This document shows, piece by piece, positions 55,363 to 64,000 of a DNA stretch of 64,000 nucleotides. Both the position numbers and the translations under genes were made by a program. This DNA comes from Squalus acanthias. Lineage: Eukaryota. How positions within the stretch are numbered: position 1 is the stretch's first letter; the number at the start of each line of letters is the position of its first letter. The DNA is taken from assembly GCA_030390025.1 (NCBI GenBank), contig CM059432.1:130574001-130638000 (forward strand). The letters run 5' to 3'. The notes under the pieces are model-generated. The model worked only from the letters and a program-made list of their open reading frames with translations. It was not told where the DNA came from and did no database searches.

Positions 55363-55832
55363 TCATAAAACCTGACACGGGCACCAAAAAGCTATCAAAT
55401 CCTTCCCTGTATCTGCATCTTCGCTGGTTGTGAGCCTATGACATAAAGACAAGTCGTTACACGGGCTTTGTAACTTAAGCTGTAGGTACATCCAACGTTT
55501 TGTTCAATTGAATTGGTAGAAAAGAAATGGGAGGAGGCTCGTGTGGAGCGTAAACATCGACAAAGACCAATTGGGTCGAATGGCCTGTTTCTGTGCTGCA
55601 GACTCGATGGGCTGGATTTTAATGTGCAGGAGTGCATGGGTTTGGGAGAAGGGGGTTGGTTAAAACCGAGGAAATTGACAGCGCATCGGAAGCCGGCTCC
55701 AACCTGCCGACTTCCGCATTTCACTGCAGCGCATTCGGCTGCGTGCGAGCAAACCCCTCGGAAGAGGCGGGTTGCCGCTTAACATATGTTAATCTGCCAG
55801 ACGTGCGGAATTATCCCTCGCCCCGTCCAACA

Positions 55833-56612
55833 GGTTATAGAGTTCGGACTTGAGACTTATGAGAAATTACACCAGACACATGGGGTTCTGTCTTTAACCT
55901 TTTATTGTTCCTAAAACAGATTCAAAACCCCAACCACCATTCGAGCAGTCCACCAATAATGTTACAAGAAATCATACATACAACCACCCGCCGATGATCG
56001 GTCCAGCATTGATTGTAGGTCCTCGTAAGCAAAAAGACTGGCCAGGCCCCTCCTTCCAACTGCAGCCTGATCCTCATAGGCAAAATGACTGGCCAAGCCA
56101 CCTTCTTCTGACTGCAGTGCCGATATTCTTTAGCCACTGTGCTTTATACAGCTTTCCTTGCCTTTTGCAGTAAATCAATCATTCAGAAATAGTGAAATGT
56201 TCCTTTAATGTTCGGTCTGAGCTGTTTGAGCAGTCAAACGTTCACATTAACACATCCTGTGTCGCTATCGATTAGTTGTCTTTATCACAGCCCAAAATTG
56301 TTCATTCACTCCTAAAGTTTACAAAAGTGGCAGAAAACCACTTGGTTCGGTTCATGAGTTACGTCGTATTCTGCATTTCAAAACTTCAAAGGTTTGACTT
56401 TTCCCCTTTAACCTCCGAAAAGTCATCAGAGACACCATGTCTGCAAATCTAAGGGGGTTTGTTTATCTCTGTTGTCTAGCAAAGCAAATTCCATGTTGCC
56501 GTATCAGTGACAACTTTATATTTCACTTTGAAAAAAACCTTTTGGCCTGGCAAAGCATTTCAATATATATTGAAATTAAAAATTAAGAATTAAGGGTCTT
56601 TGTATGTCTACA
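55833..56612 (-). mobile_element. LTR-like insertion inside the Harbinger
   Basis: Minus strand starts TGTAG, has TATAAA and AATAAA in LTR order and an internal direct repeat; 3' end is ATAACC rather than CA; no TSD seen. Confidence 0.35.
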
Positions 56613-56908
56613 TAATCGCTCAAATAGAGCGATATTGACATGGGTTTTCAACTTTAACTTTAGGTCCACGGGTTTTCCGGGCTTCCTGGAACTCGCCAGT
56701 GAAAGCAAGGTGAGAACACAGCGGTAATTGAGGGAGCTGAGGCCATGTCAGGGAAAAATGCCAATAAGTACTCAGTACGCACAGCTGCTTTCTTGCCTTT
56801 TTGTGGGAAAGGGTTTGTCCACAGTACTTGTGCTGAGAGGTTACTTTGCACACTTTGGAGGTTTGGAGGTATGATCTGTACTTTGGAGCTCTGATCTATC
56901 AGATCAGC

Positions 56909-58243
56909 ATGGGTGCCGCTTACTCTGCCTTAGATTGGACCTCAGATGAGGACCGAGATGACCAGCAACAGCCTGCTGCTCACAGACCTGCAGCTCCACA
57001 GGAGAGGGGGGGAGCAGCAGAGAGGTGCAGCTCGCAGGAGGCCGTTCCTGGTACACAGGGTCTACAGACAGAGGATAAGCTTCCTTGACATTTCTGAACA
57101 CCAGTGTATTAGGAGGCTCAGGGTGTCGTGTGAGGTGGTGGCAGACATTTGCAGCCTGCTGGAACAAGACCTGCTGCCAGCTGAACCTGGTGGCCATACT
57201 TTACCAGTGGTGTCAAAGTCACCGCCACCCTCAACTTCTTTATCTCCAGATCATTCCAGGGCTCTGCCGGAGACATTTGCAGGATCGCCCAGTCGACAGC
57301 ACACAGATGGCTTGTTTGCCAGCGCTGCCAATTATGTCAACTTTGCCTGAGGTGATGCTGGTCAGAATGAGCGGGCGCTCGAGTTTGCGGCTATGGCTGG
57401 CTTCCCATAGGTGTGGGGCGTCATTGACTGCTCACATATGGCAATTAAGGCACCCATAGATCACCCAGGAGTATTTGTCAACCGTAAGGGCTTCCATTCC
57501 ATCAGTGTGCAGCTGGTGTGCAACCACAAAAAGATCTTTATGCAGGTGTGTGCAAGATTCTGGGGCAGCTGCCATGATGTGTTCGTCCTGCGGTAATCCT
57601 CCCTCCCACACATCTTTGCACCTTGAAGCAGAGTTACCGGCTGGCTGTTCGGAGGCAAGTGGCTAATGACACCTCTCAGAAACCCAAGGAATGGGAGGCC
57701 CAAGAGTGCTCCAAACAATGCCATATCACCACCAGATGTGTCATCGAACAAGCCATCAGCATGCTGAAGATGCGCTTCAGATGCCTGGACAGATCTGGAC
57801 GCGCCCTTCGATACGCACCAGCCAGGGTCTCCAAAATGGTCATGGTGTGCTGCGCTCTGCACAACATTGCCCAGCAGCGCGGTTTGGACCTGCAGGAAGA
57901 CCAAGGTGCAGAGCACAGAGCCGCTTCGGAAGATTCCAAGGAGGAGGAAGACGAGGAGAAGGAGAAGGAGGAGGAGGAAGACGACGAGGCAGAAGGTGAT
58001 GTGGGCAATGCACCACCAGTGACGCATATTGCTGCCCGGGATGCCTGGGATTCCCTGATTATTGCAAAGTTCACTGAGGTTCCACCAATGCGCCCATCTA
58101 TCAACCACATGCAAAAGCCACATTTGCATCCCCGCTCAATGCCACTAACACGAAGCAGTCCTGCAAACAACCAAGTCTCCCTTTCACAGCCCCCCATTGG
58201 TCGCCATCAATTCATATCTTCCCATTCATCATCAAACAATTGA
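56909..58243 (+). pseudogene. Harbinger (HARBI1-like DDE) transposase with frameshifts and stops
   Basis: [13 protein letters not shown]...[14 protein letters not shown]...GSCHD; RCVIEQAISMLKMRFRCLD; CCALHNIA; acidic tail. Confidence 0.9.
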
Positions 58244-58944
58244 AAAGGTCACTTACCAACCAGCAACCAAGAATGGGCAAGATGAGAAAGTGGTGCAAAA
58301 GAACAATATTTATGTGCTTCAAATACACAACAGAAACTTAACAATATAACAATGTGTAAGACACCCATGTACATACCCTTGAGCAACTACAAATCTTTAC
58401 TCTTCCTTTTCCTCGCATTTCTACGTGGTGCAACCCCTGTGGCTTCAGCAGAAGCAGGCTGCTCACATCCCTGCTCTGACTGTTGAGTTACTCTTGGCCA
58501 ACGTCTTCTGGGTGTTGGAGCCCTTGAGGGCCCTGGCAAAGGCTGCTCCACCGGTACCTGTGTGGGGGCAGACTCGGCCATCAGGCAGCATGTGGGGTAC
58601 TGACTTGCGGGGTGGTGGTGGGGGGTGGGGCGGCAACAGGTGAGAAGTGGAAGTGCTTTGAGCTGAGTCCCCGCTTCCATGTCCCCTCTCATGGCGAAGC
58701 TGCACTTCCCTAGCAAACAGATCATTGGGGTGTTGAAAGGCCAAATTTATCCTAGTTAAGGTGGCATCCAGAGTCTGCAAGCACTCGTTTGATTGCTGTC
58801 TTTGATGCTCCATGCAGTGGCCACTCTATCATGGAAGAAGACATCATCGCAATGGCCTGCGACAGCATGCCACTCATGCTTAAGGCAGACTCCTCCAATC
58901 TCTCTGCAATCATGCACAGTGTGCTTGGAACGTCTGCCGGTACA

Positions 58945-59832
58945 TTTTTTTTTAATTCATTTTTTTTCATGGGTTGTGGGCGTCGCTGGCAAAGCCAGCA
59001 TTTATTGCCCATCCCTAATTGCCCTTGAGGTGGTGGTGAGCTACCTTCTTGAACCGCTGCAGTCTGTGTGGTGAAGGTACTCCCACAGTGCTGTTAGGGA
59101 GGGAGTTCCAGGATTTTGACCCAGCGACAATATACTTCTAAGTTAGGATGGTGTGTGACTTGGAGGTGGTGGTGGTGTTCCCATGCGCCTGCTGCCCTTG
59201 TCCTGCTAGGTGGAAGAGGTCATATGTTTGGAAGGTGCTGCCGAAGAAGCCTTGGCAAGTTGCTGCAGTGCATCTTGTAGATGGTACACACTGCAGCCAC
59301 GGTATGCTGGTGGTGGAGGGATGGAGGAGTTTGGGGCATTGGCTGAAAGGTATGATTCTGTCAGGCTGTTGCTTGACTAGTCTGTGGGACAGCTCTCCCA
59401 ATTTTGGCATCAGTCCCCAGATGTTGGTGAGGAGAACTTTGCAGGGTCAACTGGGCTGGGTATGCCATTGTCGTGTCCATAGCCGGTGCCGAGGTCAATG
59501 CCGGGTGATCCGTCCAGTTTCATTCTTTTTACAACTGAGTGGCTTGCTGGGCCATTTCAGAGGGCAGTTAAGAGTCAACCACATTGCTGTGGGTCTGGAG
59601 TCACATATAGGCCAAAACAGGTAAGGATGGCAGATTTCCTTCCCTAAAGGGCATTAGTGAATCAGATAGTTTCATGGTTACCATTACTAATACTAGTAAT
59701 TATTCCAGATTTTATTTAATTAACTGAATTTAAATTCCCCAGCTGCCATGGTGAGATTTGAACTCACGTCTACTGGATCATTAGGTCCAGGCCTCTGGAT
59801 TGCAAGGCCAGTGACATTACCACTACACTACC
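58945..59832 (-). mobile_element. Internally deleted LINE with tRNA-like head, inserted in the Myb gene
   Basis: tRNA-like A/B boxes, APE start MPKLGELSHRLVKQQPD, then ORF2 3' end and poly(A); possible AATGT duplication. Confidence 0.75.
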
Positions 59833-60203
59833 ATTCACACATTCTCTGCTGCTGCTCAATAAGTAGCCTGAGGTACAGCATCTGCGTCCAGCTGAGCAGA
59901 GCTTGGAGAGTTCTGCCCCCTCCGACGCGGACTCTCCACTGCTGTCCCTGACTCCACCATCTGCTCTTGCTCACTTGTGAAGTGTGAGTCACCAGGTGAA
60001 AACCCAAATCTCTCTCTAACTACTGCCACCGAAGTGCGAGTATCTGAGCTGGTGCACGGTCTGCATAAGTCCTGTGACGGTGCACCCTCAGAGGGACTGA
60101 GCTCCTCTGAGGAGTCGTTGTCGTTGTGGGCGACCTCAATCACCTCTTGATGGACGCGTGAAGGCCCTGTGGGAGATAAAAGACATGAACGAGTACTGTC
60201 AAA

Positions 60204-60333
60204 CAACGTTCCCACTAAGCTGCGCAGCCGCACAGCGGTCTGGAGGTCCCGCGCAGGCCACTCACTGGCTTTTCAATGGAAGAAACCGCGCAGCCACTTA
60301 AAGGGACCGCACACCAAAAAAAAAGCAAAATTG
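60204..60333. mobile_element. Small hAT-like MITE in the Myb gene intron
   Basis: Starts CAACGTTCCCACTAAGCTGCGC; 8-bp flanks CTGTCAAA / CTGTCAAG. Confidence 0.45.
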
Positions 60334-61610
60334 CTGTCAAGGTACGAATGTTTGAAGTTATCATTATGCACATGATCATATTTCACTGGCTGTTGACATC
60401 AAGTCAACATGACTGAGTGTTGTATGCCATGTGGTTGTCTGATATTTAATTCTGTCACCGGGTAGCTGGCAGGTCCCCATCTGCCCATCTCCGACAGCCA
60501 GGCACGCCAAGATCTCCAGCGCCTCCTCATCTGTAGCTGTTATTGCGAGATCTGTGGAGGGCCACCTCCGATTCTCTGCCTCTCTCTGGTGTTCTCTGCT
60601 CTCTTGTCCTGCACGGAGGGAAAGAAGAGACCTATGAGTGAGACTGATGGCATGTGTTCAGCCGATGGACAGAGAGCATTTGTTAAGGGTGACTATGAGA
60701 GAGAGGCATGACATTGCATAAGGATGAGGGTGACTGTCAGTGGTAGATGGATAGATGGGGATGTGAGGAAGTGCATAGATAGCGAGGGATGGGTGCACCT
60801 GCAAGGTAAGTTGGTGTGAGGAGTGATGTGCTGGAATAGGTTTGAGAAGGCAGGGTGAGGAGGTTGGGGTGATACGCACAGAAGACTGTAGGTGAATGTG
60901 ACATTGCTCTCACCTTTCCTGCCCTTCTTCGGTCATTGAAGCACTTCTTGCATTGGATCCAGGAGCGTGACACCATGCTCCTGCTGCTGACCTCCTCGGC
61001 CACCTCCAACCATGCCTTCTTTGTCTCAGCAGCAGGCTTCTTCCTCCCGCTACTAGGGAACTGTATCTCCCTCCAGGTCCTCACAACCCCCAGCAGCAGA
61101 TCCAGGGAGGCGTTGGTGAAGCGGGGCGTAGCGTTTGCTCGCCTCGACTCCATTCCAACAATTCTTTCTCTCTCCATGATAAATCCAATTGCTTCAAGTT
61201 GCATGTTTGAAGTGTCTCTTTAAATATTGGAGTTGAGATCGCGTCATGCAGGTTGTCATCATGCTCGCTGATGCTAATTGGATGGGAAACCTGGAAATCA
61301 GATGTTAATGAAATGGCTGCATTAAAAAGCCACTGACAGACGCACTGCACATATTTCAGGGTATTTCACGCACCATCGGGCCCCCGCTCCCAGCACATCC
61401 GCACATTAAAATCCAGCCCAATGTATCTCGATAAAGTGCAAGGGTATCAAAACCCGATAGGGGAAATCAAATGTTAAAGGCACAAAATCGGTGATACAGA
61501 AGGAGGCCATTCGGCCCATTTGACACCAAGCCACTTAGAGATATTAGGACAGGTGACCAAAAGCTATGTCAAAGAGGTAGGTTTTAAGGAGCATTTGCAC
61601 TGAGCTGAAT

Positions 61611-61937
61611 TTTCTTTTATTCGTTCATGGGATGTGGGCGTCGCTGGCAAGGCCAGCATTTATTGCCCATCCCTAATTGCCCTTGAGAAGGTGGTGGTGA
61701 GCCGCCTTCTTGAACCGCTGCAGTCCTTGTGGTGAAGGTACTCCCACAGTGCAGTTAGGGCGGGAGTTCCAGGATTTTGACCCAGCGACGATGAAGGATC
61801 GGTGATATACTTCCAAGTCAGGATGGTGTGTGACTTGGAGGGGAACTTGGAGGTGGTGGTGTTCCCATGCGCCTGCTGCCCTTGTCCTTCTAGGTGGAAG
61901 AGGTCGCGGGTTTGGGAGGTGCTGCCGAAGAAGCCTT
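61611..61937 (-). mobile_element. LINE 3' fragment, same family as 19025-19927
   Basis: LLRQHLPNPRPLPPRRTRA; tail gggcaataaatgctggccttgccagcgacgcccacatccc. Confidence 0.85.
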
Positions 61938-62297
61938 GAATGCATGTAAATAGAAAAGACGCTTGCTGTGGTTGCAACAGGCTGTTAGATGTTGAATGCA
62001 TCATTTTCACATTGACTTTCAGTTTCATTTAGTTCTATTTTCTTTCTTTATTTTTTTGTTACATTTCTCTTGTTACCCTTTCCTGCTCTGTGCGTGCACA
62101 CTGACACATATTTTCAGAGCTATTTTATTCTGCCTCCTATGCTGCACTCAATTTTCTGGCTGAGAGGCTGTGCCCCAAGGCCCTGCCAATGTCGACCTTG
62201 ACCAACATAACATATGAAGACATAACAACAGCCACCACCCATCAACACTAATTTGTTGTGTGAAATGCTTTGAAACATTTCAACATGATAAAGCACT

Positions 62298-62700
62298 ATT
62301 GTTCTCCTTGGAGCAGAGAAGACTAAGAGGAGATTTGATAGAGGTGTTTAAAATCATGAAGGAATTAGACAGAGTAGATGGAGATAAACTGTTTCCAATG
62401 GCTGAAGGGTCAATAACGAGAGGGTTAAGGTGATTGGCAGAAGAACCAGAGGTGACATGAGGAAAAACTATTTTACTCAACGAATGGTTAGGATTTGGAA
62501 TGCACTGCCTGATAGGGTGGTGGATACAGATTCAATAGTAGCCTTCAAAAGGGAATTGGATAAATACTTGAAGGAGAAAAAAATTGCAGGGATACGAGGA
62601 AAGAGCGGGGGAGTGGGACTAACTGGATTGCTCTTCGAAAGAGCCGGCGCAGACTTGATGGGCCGAATGGCCACCTTCTGTGCTGTACTGTTCTATGATA
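62298..62700 (+). mobile_element. CR1 3' fragment
   Basis: RKNYFTQRMVRIWNALP. Confidence 0.85.
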
Positions 62701-64000
62701 CATTTCTAAGCGCTTCCTCCCCTGGAAACGTTCCTGGGACTTTCTGATCTGTGTGCTCAGTACCACATTAGACAGTGCATTTACCCAATAAGCCAGTGGG
62801 AAAGTTTATCACATATACTCAACTGAAATGGGTGCAGATGAGATATGTGCGAACCTTCTGTACCAACTGTAGCTCCTCCTATGCTGGACTAGGCTGATGG
62901 AATTCTTCATCCTCCCCGGCCATGGCATGGACCTTCCTTCATTGACTTCTAAATGAGTGTTCCTCTGAGCGGCAAGATTATGCAGATTACAGCAGACTTA
63001 GACTCAAAAGCCCCGCTGAACAATCACAGCACCAAAATCACTATTTGACTGTGCCAAACATTTGCTGTATGATGCATTGGTTTGCTTGCCTGGCTTTATT
63101 CCCAAATTCTGCGGGACTGTGTTAGTTGCGTAATGGGTCAAAAGCCATGGTTTATGACCATCGCCACAGTCCCTTAACAGCTAGCCTTGCACTTGTTTAT
63201 CCCTTTCAACCACCCCAGGCATATGTGACTGTCTAAGAACGTGGAATATGCTGATAGGGTTAGATGAAGAGCGGTGGAAGGAGGCTTGTGTGGAGCATAG
63301 ACCAATTGGACCAAATGGCCTGTATCTGCTGTAGACTCGATGTAACTCAATGTAATGATGGAGTCCCAGGCATCCTTTAACTGGAATGACAAATCAACTG
63401 CATATTAAAGAAATGAAAGCACTTACAGTTGACGTACAACAGCAGATTGATTGTTGGCATCTGTATTTTCAGTGCCATTGATGTCACCTCCTCCTGTTTG
63501 CGAATCCCAGTAGCCAGAATGTTGTCATAACCACAGTAAGAGCAATGAATGTCACTGAAGATACTCTTTTTCTCCCCCCTGACTTTGCCTTTTCTGTCCT
63601 GAAGACATTAACTGTTGCTGGAGTTTCTAGCAGCCCTCCAGTGCCTCACCCAAGTGGCTATTCTTTATGTGCGAGGCTAGACAGTGATCTTGGTCAAGCT
63701 ATTCGATAACAGAAGACACTGCTGCCCAATCTTGTGCTCGCCCAATGTCCATATACATGCACTTTCCAGCAGGGATCGCTGGATAGTGATCAGGAGCAGG
63801 AACGCAGGCAGATATTTCCCCTCCCTAACCTAGAGATGCTAAGCACCAAACTAACGTTAGCTAAATCAGCTCACTTAGTGCTACACTGGGTGATGCCTTT
63901 ACACATTATAGTATCAGGAGATTTAAGACTCTTTGGGGTAAAAATTGGGTAGCGCCCCTTTGCGCTAACAGTTAGTGCCGCCGCTAACCTCCTGCTGAAT

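Larger units (their letters stand above)
58387..61204 (-). pseudogene. Harbinger Myb/SANT (trihelix) DNA-binding protein gene, spliced and disrupted
   Basis: Exon 1 PRFTNASLDLLL...KKAWLEVAEEV...RSWIQCKKCFND ends at 60914 (|gtgag); exon 2 ~60608-60459 (ERQRIGGGPP); exon 3 starts at 60166, is split by a LINE, and ends with basic RRNARKRKSKDL*. Confidence 0.82.
55609..61419. mobile_element. Full-length decayed PIF/Harbinger DNA transposon
   Basis: Perfect 19-bp TIR GGGCTGGATTTTAATGTGC (55609-55627 and 61401-61419); GAT/AAT 3-bp flanks; convergent transposase and Myb/SANT genes. Confidence 0.92.

Noticed and set aside
56909..58243. Domesticated HARBI1 host gene
   Set aside because: It has stops and frameshifts and lies within TIRs beside a Myb partner, so it is a transposon copy.

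Overview
This is vertebrate genomic DNA. The repeat content (CR1 LINEs, Deu-domain and HE1-like SINEs, Penelope-like elements) points to a cartilaginous fish, which is my inference. The main gene is WASHC5 (strumpellin/KIAA0196) on the minus strand. I traced 24 coding exons from the ATG at 52911 down to 1066, totalling 3084 nt (1028 codons) with consistent splice phases; the 3' exons lie off the left edge. One intron uses a GC donor. Upstream of the gene is a complete but decayed 5.8-kb PIF/Harbinger transposon (55609-61419) with perfect 19-bp TIRs, convergent HARBI1-like transposase and spliced Myb/SANT genes, and nested insertions. Two Penelope-like retroelement families carry GIY-YIG remnants and minimal hammerhead ribozymes. 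Intact ribozyme cores occur only antisense to, or upstream of, the WASHC5 coding region. Also present are a solo LTR with a 5-bp TSD, Harbinger-, hAT- and Tc1-type MITEs, a tRNA-headed LINE/SINE pair and a 31-bp micro-inversion. Exon, TIR and TSD coordinates were counted by hand; other repeat boundaries are approximate and family names come from motif recognition, not a database search.
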